DNA from: a virus
Taxonomy: Duplodnaviria > Caudoviricetes
Strand: one strand, 5' to 3'
Length of the DNA stretch: 38,644 nucleotides
Virus record (IMG/VR): IMGVR_UViG_3300016464_000107
Location: 1 to 38,644 of that record
The notes beneath the pieces were generated by a model that ran no database searches, was not told the origin of the DNA, and saw only the letters and a program-made list of their open reading frames with translations. The translations under genes and the position numbers were made by a program. Shown here one piece after another: positions 16,818 to 26,696 of this stretch. Each line of letters begins with the position of its first letter. Position 1 is the stretch's first letter.

Positions 16818-19022
16818 ATGGATAATTTTCCTCTATCCCCTGAAGAGCAAGCCTTCTCTACTGCTGTAGGAGGTGAGGGTCAGCCGTGGAAATTTGGAAA
16901 GGGTGAGTTTGATTTAATTAAAGCTCTTGAGGTGGGATATACCAAGCCTGAGATTGCACAGTTTCTTTCACAAAAGAAGAACTTCAACTATGACAAGGCA
17001 ATCTCAAGTGGCTACTCTGATGGTGAGATTATTTCTCACTTGCTTGGTGCTGGAGCATTTGATGCATTCACCTCTCAGTTTGTTTACAACATGGGAGAGA
17101 GTGCTCTTGGTTTAACTCAGGCTGGGGCTAAGACTACAGGAGGTGAGTTTAACAAGAAGAGGGCACAGGCATTCTCTGATGCAGCAGACATTCTATCAGA
17201 AGGTGAAAGCTTTGGTAAGTGGGCTGGCATCATCTCTGGTTCCATTGTTGATCCTGTTTCTATTCCTGCTGGGTTCCTAAAGTTTCTCAAGTCTGCAAGT
17301 TTAGTAAAAGAACTTGCAATGAAGGGTGGTGCTCAGGGCTTCTTTGGTGGCCTTGTTGCTCCAACCTATAAAGAAGATTGGGGAGACATCCTTGCTGAGA
17401 AGGCAGAGAAAACTGTTGTTGGTACTGTCTTTGGTGGTGGTATTGGTGCTGGACTTGGTAAAGGCATTGACCTGCTTTCTAAGAGAGCAGAGGTTAAGGC
17501 TAAAGAACCAGCTATTGACACATCACTTGACAATCAAAAAGAAACTACTGACAGTGTTTTGTCTTCCCTTATCCAGAAAGATCAAGACATCAAGGCCAAA
17601 CAACAGGCAGATGCTCTTGAGCAAACCGTACAAGAGATTGCTCCTGCTGAGATTAAGATTTCAGGTAAGGACATTACCAATAGACCTCTTAGTGTAGACG
17701 AAGAAAAGATTATTTCAGATAGGATTGCCATTCTAAAGAGTCAAGTGGATGACCTTCGTTGGAAACAAGCAGAGGGTGAAGCTCCAACAAAAGACGAGGC
17801 CACACAACAAGTGGCTGCTTTGTTTAGGGGGAAAGAGAAAGCCCCTGAACAACTGGCAGAGAACCTACCTCCTCAGCCCGGAGCAGGTCTTGTAGCTCCA
17901 ACAAAGCAAACCCCTCAGACAGAGCTTGCTGCCCTGTTGAGGAAGCCTGAGACTGCTCCTACTCAGCCCATTCAGGTGGAGAAGGACACGCCTAAGCTGG
18001 CTGCTTTGTTACGCTCTCAAGGCATAGACAACGATATTAAAATTAAACGAGAACAGATTCGGATGCTGGAACAACAGCTTCTGGAGAGCAACCAACGAAA
18101 GGCTGCAATGGCACAGCCTGAGCTTGTCCAAGTTGAGACACGCCGTGGCCCTGCTCCTACAGCCCCTGCTCCTGCTCCTATGCAAGCCCCCGTGCCTGTC
18201 ACACGAGAGCAGGTTACTCAGTCAGTAACCAAAGCAATGGATGAGGCAGGTGCTAAGAATCCTGATGAACTCATTGTAATGATTGGCAAGCCAGACGAGG
18301 CTGCTGCTGCTCAAGCTCGTATCAACAGAGGAACCCCTATCACTGTAGGCCAGTGGGTTGATGATGCTATGCGTATGCAAGGCTCTGTCGGTGCTGCTGG
18401 TGTGCGTCCTGAGAACATCCTTGCTGGTCAGGCAATCTTCCCCACTGCTGAGAAAGCTGCTGAGAAGGTGGCTCTTGGTAAGGCTGCTCCTAGGCTTTCT
18501 CGTGAAGAGCTTGGTGTTCCTGCCCTTGAGAAGATGGTGTCTCAAACTGTTGGCTTCCTTGGCAAGCCCCTCAAGCAGATGCGTGAAGGTGGAGACTTTG
18601 CTGGAACCCTGAAGGGAAGCCAAGAGGCTGGTGAGAAGCTCATTGCTAAAGCAAAGAAGGAAGAAGGTAGCTTGATTGGCTACTTCCTTAAACAGGATGA
18701 TGAAGGCAACTTCACCAATCTGGACAAGACTTGGAACAGGGCTGATGTTGCTGCCTTTGCTCCTGTTGTTAAATATGCAGAGCGAGTGTATGAGGCTTTG
18801 ATGGATGAGGCTGTTGCTCTGCGTAAGGCAGGACAGCTTGAAGGAAATGCATTGAATGACATTGCCTATCGCCTTCAGTTCCCCATTCAAATCTTTGGTG
18901 TGTTGCAAGGGAAGCGCACTGAAGTTTCACGCACATTGAATGCATATAAACTTTTGAGAGAGAAATGGGATAGTGGCAAAGAAGTCAAAGGTTACTTCTC
19001 TCCCAACACTCCATGCATGTAA
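16818..19022 (+). CDS. Large internal virion / ejection protein 3
   Basis: 734 aa; duplicated GY(T/S)..EI..(F/H)L N-terminal motif, Gly-rich hydrophobic segments, Pro/Gln linker. Confidence 0.65.
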   Translation: MDNFPLSPEEQAFSTAVGGEGQPWKFGKGEFDLIKALEVGYTKPEIAQFLSQKKNFNYDKAISSGYSDGEIISHLLGAGAFDAFTSQFVYNMGESALGLTQAGAKTTGGEFNKKRAQAFSDAADILSEGESFGKWAGIISGSIVDPVSIPAGFLKFLKSASLVKELAMKGGAQGFFGGLVAPTYKEDWGDILAEKAEKTVVGTVFGGGIGAGLGKGIDLLSKRAEVKAKEPAIDTSLDNQKETTDSVLSSLIQKDQDIKAKQQADALEQTVQEIAPAEIKISGKDITNRPLSVDEEKIISDRIAILKSQVDDLRWKQAEGEAPTKDEATQQVAALFRGKEKAPEQLAENLPPQPGAGLVAPTKQTPQTELAALLRKPETAPTQPIQVEKDTPKLAALLRSQGIDNDIKIKREQIRMLEQQLLESNQRKAAMAQPELVQVETRRGPAPTAPAPAPMQAPVPVTREQVTQSVTKAMDEAGAKNPDELIVMIGKPDEAAAAQARINRGTPITVGQWVDDAMRMQGSVGAAGVRPENILAGQAIFPTAEKAAEKVALGKAAPRLSREELGVPALEKMVSQTVGFLGKPLKQMREGGDFAGTLKGSQEAGEKLIAKAKKEEGSLIGYFLKQDDEGNFTNLDKTWNRADVAAFAPVVKYAERVYEALMDEAVALRKAGQLEGNALNDIAYRLQFPIQIFGVLQGKRTEVSRTLNAYKLLREKWDSGKEVKGYFSPNTPCM

Positions 19023-19031
19023 GGAATACAA

Positions 19032-21065
19032 ATGGCTCTTAGTAAGAATTGTGAGTATCGTCTGTTGGATTTAGTTGATGCAAAGATTGCATTGGAAGAT
19101 ACCAACATGTCTGATGCTGCAAAGAAACAAGTGTTTGATAAGTTGTTTGCTGGACACATGAAACCAATGACAACATTTGAAAAGCTGTCAAACAACACGG
19201 CAACATGGATTATTCATGGCTATTTGCTCAACACAAAACAGCTTGCAGCCAACATTGGTTCTGCCTTGTTGAACGCAGGTTTAAACCCTATTGTCAGAGA
19301 CTTTGGTGCTATTGTTGGTAAAGCCCTTGGAGGTACAGATCGCAAGGTTGGTGAAGGTCTAGCCATGTACAAGGCAGCCATTCGTAACTTTGAACAACGG
19401 GCACGAGTAGCTGGTGAAACCTTTGACACTGGACATAGCAAGAACGATAGGCTTATGAGTCGTGTGTTCAATATGTCCGAGACTGACTTCAAAGAAGCAG
19501 TGACAAAGATGGGATTGAATTCTGAAGATGAACGAATCTTTAGACAGACAATGGCAGACATCTATGGTAGTCATATGTTGCCGGGTAAGTTTGGACAATT
19601 GTATTCTGTCGGTGCTAGGGCAGGTATGGCGATTGATGACTTCAATCAAATCATGTTCAAGCAAATGGAGTTTGATGCTCTGGCCTATCGTGCAGCAGAA
19701 AGCATTGCTAAGAAAGAGAACATCACTCCTGAACAAGCATTCAAAGAATTACAAAAGAGTGTAGACTTTGGAGCAGAAGACTATAGCGATCAAATGCGTA
19801 AAGCCTTGTATCGCATGGGATACACCAGCCCTGACAAAGCCTTGCGTGAAATGGAAAACTCCGCTGCTGAAGCTGTGTTTCGTGGAGAAGCTGGTAAGGT
19901 GCTTACCACTGTCAACAACTTTAGGAAGCAACATCCTCTTGCTGGTGCTCTCATCATGCCATTCGTTAAGGTTCCTACCCTCATTGTGAACGAAGGCTTG
20001 GCATGGGTTCCAATTGCTGGAGCTTTGCACAGGAAAGCAGCCTTCGATGAGACAGGTAAATTTGCAGGGACTGACTTTGCTTTTAAATTGAAAGAGCGTA
20101 GAGCAGACCTAGCTGCCAAACAAATCATGGGCAGTGCTGCAATCACTTACATTGGTTCATTATATGAAGATGGACTGATCACTGGTAGTAAACCAGAGGG
20201 AGGTGCTCCTCGTTACTCAGTGAAGATGGGAGACACTTGGTACAACTACTCTCGATTTGAGCCTTTTGCTACAGCCATTGGCTTGGGTGTTGACTTCCAT
20301 CAGGGAATTAAAGAATGGAAGAACGATGTTAACAGGGGACAAAGCACCCTTGAAGACCTGAAGAAGTATGGTGTTATGGCTGTATCTGCAATGGCAGCTA
20401 ATGTGGCAGATAAGAGCTTTATGCATGGCATCTCCAGTTTTCTTGGTGCTATTGACGATCCTGCTAGGAACCTAGAGAACTTCTTACAGAGCTATGCTAA
20501 TGCTATTGTCCCATCTGGTGTGGCTCAGGTTGCTCAGATGATTGACCCTGTTGAGCGTGAGTTTGCTTCCTTCATGGATAGGGTACAGGGACGCTTGCCT
20601 GTCCTGTCTAAAGACTTGCCTGTCAAGTATGATGTGATGGGTCAGCCCGGAGAGCGTAGCTTGTTGGAAACTGTCACTGGTGTTCAAACAAAAACAACCA
20701 ATGGTCTTATTGCTGCATTAGAGAAGTCAGGAGTTGAGCTTAAGCCTACAGATAAGAGTGTGTTTGGTGTTGAACTAAATGCACAACAACTATCTATGCA
20801 ACGACAGATTGCAGGTAACTACTTTATGAAGGGAATGGAATATGCAACCAGCAGTCCTCAGTGGAAACAAGCTGATGATTCTATTAAAGAGTTTATATTG
20901 AAACAAATACTGAGCAAGGCTAGAACAGCAGCTAATAAAGAAGTGGCTGGTTACTTGTTGCTGAATGACGATAAGTTTAGAACTGATCTCATTACCCGTA
21001 AGAAACTAGAGAAGGGCTTGAGAGATGAGATATTAAGGGAACGAGGACTAGCTCCTCAAGAATGA
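19032..21065 (+). CDS. Large internal virion / ejection protein 4 (LPD38-like C-terminal region)
   Basis: 677 aa helical; PFVKVP, YSVKMGDTWYNYSRFEPF, DKSFMHG, LP.KYD..G motifs; last gene of the arm. Confidence 0.68.
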   Translation: MALSKNCEYRLLDLVDAKIALEDTNMSDAAKKQVFDKLFAGHMKPMTTFEKLSNNTATWIIHGYLLNTKQLAANIGSALLNAGLNPIVRDFGAIVGKALGGTDRKVGEGLAMYKAAIRNFEQRARVAGETFDTGHSKNDRLMSRVFNMSETDFKEAVTKMGLNSEDERIFRQTMADIYGSHMLPGKFGQLYSVGARAGMAIDDFNQIMFKQMEFDALAYRAAESIAKKENITPEQAFKELQKSVDFGAEDYSDQMRKALYRMGYTSPDKALREMENSAAEAVFRGEAGKVLTTVNNFRKQHPLAGALIMPFVKVPTLIVNEGLAWVPIAGALHRKAAFDETGKFAGTDFAFKLKERRADLAAKQIMGSAAITYIGSLYEDGLITGSKPEGGAPRYSVKMGDTWYNYSRFEPFATAIGLGVDFHQGIKEWKNDVNRGQSTLEDLKKYGVMAVSAMAANVADKSFMHGISSFLGAIDDPARNLENFLQSYANAIVPSGVAQVAQMIDPVEREFASFMDRVQGRLPVLSKDLPVKYDVMGQPGERSLLETVTGVQTKTTNGLIAALEKSGVELKPTDKSVFGVELNAQQLSMQRQIAGNYFMKGMEYATSSPQWKQADDSIKEFILKQILSKARTAANKEVAGYLLLNDDKFRTDLITRKKLEKGLRDEILRERGLAPQE

Positions 21066-21067
21066 CA

Positions 21068-21097
21068 AAGGGGGCAATTAAGCCCCCTTATTTATTT
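21068..21097. terminator. Bidirectional intrinsic terminator between the converging arms
   Basis: AAGGGGGC-AATTAA-GCCCCCTT hairpin, with AAA on one side and a T-rich run on the other, between converging stop codons. Confidence 0.88.
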
Positions 21098-21268
21098 CTC
21101 TAGATCGAAGAAGTCTCCGATGTAGATGGTGAAGAATGGAATTTTAATTAAGATTCCCTGAAAGGCAACAAAGTCTTCATCATCACCGTTTGTAATAATG
21201 TGACAGATGTCCTCATTATATTCAATGTCAAGGCCAATACCTTGTCGTACATGAAAAACAACGCTCAT
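21092..21268 (-). CDS. Hypothetical protein (58 aa; not in ORF track)
   Basis: MSVVFHVRQGIGLDIEYNED...IPFFTIYIGDFFDLEK; TAAGGAGGA RBS directly after the RNR stop. Confidence 0.8.
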   Translation of the reverse strand: MSVVFHVRQGIGLDIEYNEDICHIITNGDDEDFVAFQGILIKIPFFTIYIGDFFDLEK

Positions 21269-21277
21269 ACTTCCTCC

Positions 21278-23194
21278 TTAGATTTCACACACGCCAGCAA
21301 CACAGGCGAGCATTTGAGTTCCCTCAACATTATCATCAACTTCTTTCAGACTCCAGTCGATTGTTGAAGGGGTGATTGCATTCAACTCTTCGTACACATC
21401 TTGTGTGCATTCTTCATATGGTGCTTGCTTGTATGAACCACCATCATAAGGCAAGAAGCTAACGCCACTCATTTCGTCAAAGTGTTCCCACACAAAAGCA
21501 CCGACTTCCATCCACTCATGTTCCATCACTGAGATGGTGACAGAGGGCTTATGCTCACACCAGTGACGCTGGAAGATGAGCCAAAGCTTCAGGTGTTCAA
21601 TGGCTGTCAAGTCTTCACGCAACAGAGCACCATCAGGGGATTTCTTGGGGAAGCTAAACACCACCGTCTGATCAGGCTTCATGACACAGGGTTCGTTGTG
21701 AACACCAGCGTCAATCATCAACTGAGTTAACGGGTCTTTCTTGTCTCCACGCACTCGTCTGATGTAAAACTGAGAGTGCCGAGGGTGAATGCCACTAGCG
21801 CTGTCAGTAAGTTGAGACACAGTACCGCTGGGTTTAACGCAAGTAATAGCTGCGCTCCGAGGAATGCCAATAGCGTCAGCCAAAGCGAAATTAGTGCTAA
21901 TACACTCTTGTTTGATTTCATTGAGAAGCTCTCCAATGGTTGTTGAATCAGGGTTGTTGAGCAATGCATTGTCCATAATGCCTGTCATGCTCACACCCAG
22001 CAAGCGTTCCTCCTCAGTGTTCTTCTGCCACACCTTACGCAGGTAGGGGAAGTGAGTGAGGGTGCTCTGCAAAGTACCAAGAACTGTGGCAAGACGAGCC
22101 TTACGCAACAGGTCTTCCTTGGTGTCAGTGGCACGAACCACAATCTCAGACAGGTTACAGAACTGATAGGGACGCAGAATAATTTCTGAGCATGGGTTGG
22201 TTCCAAACTCATAAGACGCATCACGCCTTCCATTACTCTTCACCACATTCTGTGCTGCCTCACGGTTGAAGATACCACGCTCACCGCTCTTGCTCTCGTA
22301 CAGAGACAGCCATTCCTGCATGAAGATACCCATGTCAGGACGCTCAGTGTAGCAAGCAGAGTTGTTAGCCAGAGCACGTTGACCTTGCTGCTCCCACCAT
22401 GCGCCACTCTTAGCATGACGCATACGATCATCTGACAGGTTGGACAGAGAAATCATAGCAGAACGCCTGACACCCCCGACAACAACCACCTCGCCAATCT
22501 TGCACATGATGTCATGGCATTCAAGGCTGTTGAGCTTGCGTCCTCGTGCATGTTTAAAGATGTTGATGACAAACTTAAACAGTTCCATCAGAGGACCAGG
22601 ACCAGAGGCTCGACCACCAAAGGTCTTGAGTCGAGCACCAGCAGGACGAACCTTGCTGACATCGATGGAAGGAATCTCACCAGCATACAGCAGAGCAATC
22701 ACCTGACGCAAAGCCTTAGCCCAGCCTTCCTTGCTGTCAGCAACAACAACAGTGGTGCTGCTGTCAAACAGTTGATCAGGAACTTCAGGAAGCTTTGCAA
22801 CATACTGACGCTCAACAGAGAAGCCCACACCAGTGCCACACAAGAGGATGTACATTGCCTCATCGAATGCTTTGGGGTCATCGATGGGAAGGTAGCTACA
22901 GTTGTAGCCAGCAGTGTTGTCTCGCTCAAGAGCTTTCCCTGCTGTCATCACACTACGCATGGAAGGCATCACCTCCATGTTCAGAATGGCATTATACAAA
23001 TCATTATATAGTACGCCATCAAGATTATAATTATGATGTTTAGCAACATGAGCCTCCATGAAATCCATGTATCGCTTAACTGTCTCAGGCCAATCCTCAC
23101 GCCTCTGTTCACTGTCGAGGTAACGAGCATACCGACTCTTGGCAATATACTCCTCATAACTCCCCATGTAATTATTCGTAGAGTTGTTGTTCAA
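21278..23194 (-). CDS. nrdJ: Class II (adenosylcobalamin-dependent) ribonucleotide reductase; the start may be the ATG at 23167
   Basis: MPSMR, YNC, GTGVGFS, VVVGGVRRSA, TNPCSEI finger loop, VKPSGT, C-terminal CVAGVC; no beta subunit gene present. Confidence 0.93.
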   Translation of the reverse strand: MNNNSTNNYMGSYEEYIAKSRYARYLDSEQRREDWPETVKRYMDFMEAHVAKHHNYNLDGVLYNDLYNAILNMEVMPSMRSVMTAGKALERDNTAGYNCSYLPIDDPKAFDEAMYILLCGTGVGFSVERQYVAKLPEVPDQLFDSSTTVVVADSKEGWAKALRQVIALLYAGEIPSIDVSKVRPAGARLKTFGGRASGPGPLMELFKFVINIFKHARGRKLNSLECHDIMCKIGEVVVVGGVRRSAMISLSNLSDDRMRHAKSGAWWEQQGQRALANNSACYTERPDMGIFMQEWLSLYESKSGERGIFNREAAQNVVKSNGRRDASYEFGTNPCSEIILRPYQFCNLSEIVVRATDTKEDLLRKARLATVLGTLQSTLTHFPYLRKVWQKNTEEERLLGVSMTGIMDNALLNNPDSTTIGELLNEIKQECISTNFALADAIGIPRSAAITCVKPSGTVSQLTDSASGIHPRHSQFYIRRVRGDKKDPLTQLMIDAGVHNEPCVMKPDQTVVFSFPKKSPDGALLREDLTAIEHLKLWLIFQRHWCEHKPSVTISVMEHEWMEVGAFVWEHFDEMSGVSFLPYDGGSYKQAPYEECTQDVYEELNAITPSTIDWSLKEVDDNVEGTQMLACVAGVCEI

Positions 23195-23330
23195 TGTAAT
23201 CCATCCTTTCTTCGACCTTATCTAAAAACATATTGACTAGCTCATCCTCATTGATGTCTAGTAGTTCAAGTATTGTAACACAGTCTTGCCGTTTTAGCAA
23301 GTCGATGATGTCATGAATTGTTCTGCTCAT
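23172..23330 (-). CDS. Small acidic hypothetical protein (52 aa; not in ORF track)
   Basis: MSRTIHDIIDLLKRQDCVTILELLDINEDELVNMFLDKVEERMDYIEQQLYE; AAGGAG RBS. Confidence 0.75.
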   Translation of the reverse strand: MSRTIHDIIDLLKRQDCVTILELLDINEDELVNMFLDKVEERMDYIEQQLYE

Positions 23331-24084
23331 ACTTCTCCTTCAAGAAGGAAAGACTTACAGGCATTTCATCGAATGAACCATCGTTCACTTCATGCAGCAT
23401 CCACACACCAGCCCAGCTTCCATTGGTCTGAGGGGTGAGGTAGTCTTCGTCATGTGTGTAACAAATACCAGCGAACAACCCTGTCATACGCTTACCGTCA
23501 GCACGTTTGGCAAAGGCAATGCCCCTGTCCTGCACATGCCCCATGATGCAGCTCATGTGTTTCTTCGTAAGAAGTAGTGCAGGGGAAGAGACAGGCCGAC
23601 CCATAACACCACTAGTAAAGTAATGACAATAAGCAATGCCATTAATAATGACAGGCTGAAGAAATTCCACACGCTTCCAGCCATAGTGCTCAAGGTTAAA
23701 GTCATGATATCCAATAAGTCCATCAAGCTTTCTGTCGCTTTGGATTGCTCGTTCGATTCGTTCTTCATGATTCCCTGTCAAAAATACTAGCTTAGGTTTC
23801 CACTGCTTTTCTTTGTTGCGCTTGAGGCGTTCCTGCTCTGCAAGGATGGGAGCCATGAGAGCGTCCATACCAGCATTGCCAGCAGCAATGTCTGCTTGGT
23901 AGGTACGCCCCTCAAAGCTCTTCTTGCCCACATCATAGATGGACAGGGAAGGCATGTCCCAGTGATCTCCTAAATGTACAATGACTTCAGGCTTCTTCTC
24001 TGCTGCATACTTCCCCACCCAGGTCAGATGGTCAAAGGAGTTCCCAGGCTTACATTGAGTGTCTGGAATTACTAGGTGCTTCAT
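23311..24084 (-). CDS. Calcineurin-like metallophosphoesterase
   Basis: VIPDTQ, HLGDHWD, LTGNHE, CH, MGHVQ metal-binding motifs. Confidence 0.9.
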   Translation of the reverse strand: MKHLVIPDTQCKPGNSFDHLTWVGKYAAEKKPEVIVHLGDHWDMPSLSIYDVGKKSFEGRTYQADIAAGNAGMDALMAPILAEQERLKRNKEKQWKPKLVFLTGNHEERIERAIQSDRKLDGLIGYHDFNLEHYGWKRVEFLQPVIINGIAYCHYFTSGVMGRPVSSPALLLTKKHMSCIMGHVQDRGIAFAKRADGKRMTGLFAGICYTHDEDYLTPQTNGSWAGVWMLHEVNDGSFDEMPVSLSFLKEKYEQNNS

Positions 24085-24347
24085 TCATCATCCCTACTAT
24101 TTTCTTCATAAGCAGAAAAAGGATCGTAATATTCTTTGTTAAAGATTTTCATCAGGTCAAAAGCGCCCATTACTTCAAGCTTATTATACACACCTGTATA
24201 GCCAGCGCCTTCAAGGAAGGAAGCAAAGTGAGGCATGATTTCATCCCATGAAGCATCTGGAGAGAGGAACACAGTTACCTCTGAACTCTTGTTTTGATCT
24301 TGACTTACCTGTGTGAACTTCCACATGGTTGGTTGTGGCTTCTTCAT
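24081..24347 (-). CDS. Hypothetical protein
   Basis: 88 aa, TAAGGAG RBS, coupled to its neighbours; F..FL.G.GY motif. Confidence 0.7.
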   Translation of the reverse strand: MKKPQPTMWKFTQVSQDQNKSSEVTVFLSPDASWDEIMPHFASFLEGAGYTGVYNKLEVMGAFDLMKIFNKEYYDPFSAYEENSRDDE

Positions 24348-24349
24348 AT

Positions 24350-24970
24350 TTACTCCTTAAATAGTGAAGGAACAATTGTTTTCAAAATGTCACGACATTG
24401 CTCTGCGATGACACGGTGTTCTTTCTGGGTTGCATTGTCACAACGAATCTCGCAGTAATGCAGCCAGCTACGAACAGTACCATTCATGTACATCCTGCTG
24501 GTTGTCAAACCCTCAGGTAGCAGCTTACGAGCAACCTCCTTGGCAATGCCATTTGACAAGGCTTGCTCATAACAGAAACGAACTTCCTTCAACACACGCT
24601 CTTGCATCAAACGCCACCACTCTTGCTGGTTCTTGTCAACAATAGGCAAGCTGTTCTGCCTGTTCTTGTTGTCCTGCGCTCGTGCCTCTGCATACTCATA
24701 GCCATCAGCGACAGCATAGCGTTGGCTAAACTCTTGGAAGCTGAAGCTCCTGTGCCTGAGAATCTGACGAGCAATGTCCCTGGTTGTCTCAATCTCAACG
24801 CAGATGTTAGCCATTTCAAAAGGACTCCAGTGTTTGTTCTCCATCAGATAACGCAGAAGCTTAGGGGCTGTCTCTGTGTTGCTCTGGTTGGTAGGGTTGC
24901 TCACCCTAGCCATGTATGCAATGCGCTCTTCAGCACTCGGTGTTGCCCACACCAGACTCACTTTGCTCAT
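24350..24970 (-). CDS. thyX: Flavin-dependent thymidylate synthase ThyX
   Basis: RHRSFSFQEFSQRY signature, ARVS, HWSPFE, TQKEHR; likely start MSKVSLV at 24970. Confidence 0.96.
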   Translation of the reverse strand: MSKVSLVWATPSAEERIAYMARVSNPTNQSNTETAPKLLRYLMENKHWSPFEMANICVEIETTRDIARQILRHRSFSFQEFSQRYAVADGYEYAEARAQDNKNRQNSLPIVDKNQQEWWRLMQERVLKEVRFCYEQALSNGIAKEVARKLLPEGLTTSRMYMNGTVRSWLHYCEIRCDNATQKEHRVIAEQCRDILKTIVPSLFKE

Positions 24971-25127
24971 TGGGCGTGTACTCCTTCTTTGCCAATTTGA
25001 TTGCATCTTCCAATGCTCTCACTATTCCAAACTTAAGAAAAAAGCTGATGCTCTCTTCGTCCAGGTCAAGAGTGCAATCTACACTACCGTCTGGATTATC
25101 TTTGATCATTGTCACTTCGATCTTCAT
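24930..25127 (-). CDS. Hypothetical protein
   Basis: 65 aa, coupled to the upstream ORF; NPDGS motif. Confidence 0.65.
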   Translation of the reverse strand: MKIEVTMIKDNPDGSVDCTLDLDEESISFFLKFGIVRALEDAIKLAKKEYTPNEQSESGVGNTEC

Positions 25128-25411
25128 GTTGTGAACTGCCTCACCATGTGTGGATATTGAAACTCTTCACGCAAAGGAATGATGGTTGCTTTCTTGAGGA
25201 CAGCATCAATGAGTTCGTTGTAGTTCTTCTGGAACTGCGCCTCTGTTAGACCATCCTCAAGAATAACTTTCTTCGCCTCATCTACATCCCTTGCAACAAT
25301 ACATTGCAAGCCACCATATTCACTAGCGGGAAACGGAACCCAATAACGAACAAGCCAGATAAACCACAGCCTGTTATCGTTTACTTCGGGCTGTTTTTTT
25401 GGTCGCCCCAT
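25124..25411 (-). CDS. Hypothetical protein
   Basis: 95 aa in an operon; YWVPFPASEYGG motif. Confidence 0.7.
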   Translation of the reverse strand: MGRPKKQPEVNDNRLWFIWLVRYWVPFPASEYGGLQCIVARDVDEAKKVILEDGLTEAQFQKNYNELIDAVLKKATIIPLREEFQYPHMVRQFTT

Positions 25412-25835
25412 ACTTTTCCCTTTCTTTCTTTTCTAGCTGCGTCTTCTGCGAATGGCAGGTGAGGCACAGCACTTGAAGCTTTTCCTTCTCACAGAACATC
25501 CTATCAATGTAGGTGTCCCAATCTACAAACCCATCAACGGGAGACACAACAGGAAAGATATGATCAACCTGTACGTCCTTCTGTACAAACTCTTTCCTGC
25601 ATCCAGCACAGTGATAGTGATACGCAAGCTTACCAGTGGCCTTGTTTGTTTTCCTACCAGTACATGCCTCTTTCAAAGCCTTAAACTTTGGAGGCCACTT
25701 GCGTGTCGCTGTCCTCAGTGCAGAGATAACAAAGCTACGAAAGCGTGAAGGTGTCCATTCACCATTGTTATAGTTTCTGTCTGGTCTTGTACCATTGACA
25801 GAGGAGGTTTCCGAATCCTTCAACTTCTTTCTCAT
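25374..25835 (-). CDS. HNH endonuclease
   Basis: CAGC...VQVDHIFP...LQVLCLTCHSQKT; start codon uncertain. Confidence 0.85.
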   Translation of the reverse strand: MRKKLKDSETSSVNGTRPDRNYNNGEWTPSRFRSFVISALRTATRKWPPKFKALKEACTGRKTNKATGKLAYHYHCAGCRKEFVQKDVQVDHIFPVVSPVDGFVDWDTYIDRMFCEKEKLQVLCLTCHSQKTQLEKKEREKYGATKKTARSKR

Positions 25836-26043
25836 CGTGTCCTGTCTCTCCCATCGTAAACTTCACTGCATGAACTAGCTCGTGAAAGAATGTAGCAACG
25901 GTTGCTTGCTCATTCATTCCATCCCTTATGTGGATCTCATATGTAGATGGGTTACACAAGCCCATATCAGGAAGCTCAGGAACCATCATCACTACCCATT
26001 CACATCCTGCTAGGTGGAAACTGGAAGGGATGGTGGAGTCCAT
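25768..26043 (-). CDS. Small HExxH zincin-like metallopeptidase
   Basis: TFFHELVHA followed by HDE; G.C...EIHI strand. Confidence 0.72.
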   Translation of the reverse strand: MDSTIPSSFHLAGCEWVVMMVPELPDMGLCNPSTYEIHIRDGMNEQATVATFFHELVHAVKFTMGETGHDEKEVEGFGNLLCQWYKTRQKL

Positions 26044-26696
26044 GTCTCTCCGTGCTTTCTTCGTAACCATAACAAACCTCCGTTTTCAATAGCTCTCTCG
26101 TTTCCCAGAGCCTCCGAACAGACGGCAAACATTTCTTGTTCTGTCTGTGCTTTGGCAAGCATCTTGTCTGCCTTCACTGGCCCCACTCCTCGCACACCCT
26201 GTATGTTGTCGGCCTTGTCGCCCATCAGGATTTGCTTGTAGAAGAACCGCAGTCCTTCCTGCTCTGAGACATAATACTTGTCGTTCTTTACAAAATTGTA
26301 ATGCCATCCTGCCACCTGCTTGAAGTCTTTATCCACTGAAATAATGATGCAATCATCTTTCAACTCTGTTGCACGAATGGCAATGAGGTCATCTGCTTCT
26401 TCGTTGGAACTAACAAGAGCACCCCATGAGGTTACTAGATAGTTACGCAAGAGTTCAAGGTGGGCTGGTTTCTCAGCATCTTTCCTGTTCCCTTTGTACT
26501 CAGAAGTCTTTGCAATGTTGTGTCTAAAGTTGCCCTTGCCTGTAAGGAAAAGCTCCCAAGAAGAAAGCCCAAGAGTAACCATGAGCATCTCTTCTAGGTA
26601 GCCAGCGAGAGTGGTGATTGCTACATCCTCACTCTCATCCCTACAAGAGAAGGCAATGCGATAACAAACCACATCGCCATCTACAAGTCCAATCAT
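26010..26696 (-). CDS. 5'-3' exonuclease (T7 gp6 / FEN-like)
   Basis: LVDGD, NFR...YKGNR, EADD, SVDKD, GDKADNIQGV.GVG motifs. Confidence 0.93.
   Translation of the reverse strand: MIGLVDGDVVCYRIAFSCRDESEDVAITTLAGYLEEMLMVTLGLSSWELFLTGKGNFRHNIAKTSEYKGNRKDAEKPAHLELLRNYLVTSWGALVSSNEEADDLIAIRATELKDDCIIISVDKDFKQVAGWHYNFVKNDKYYVSEQEGLRFFYKQILMGDKADNIQGVRGVGPVKADKMLAKAQTEQEMFAVCSEALGNERAIENGGLLWLRRKHGETWTPPSLPVST

Noticed and set aside
19000-19040. Broken (frameshifted) single giant ejection gene
   Set aside because: The second ORF has its own TAAGGA RBS and ATG at normal spacing, consistent with two genuine genes.
21200-21250. TTGACA and TATAAT hexamers on the - strand near 21215-21232
   Set aside because: They are only 5 bp apart and lie inside a coding region; not a promoter.
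25374-25835. HNH gene as a mobile intron or homing element
   Set aside because: It is free-standing in the replication operon and interrupts no gene; polymerase, RNR and terL show no intron or intein insertions.
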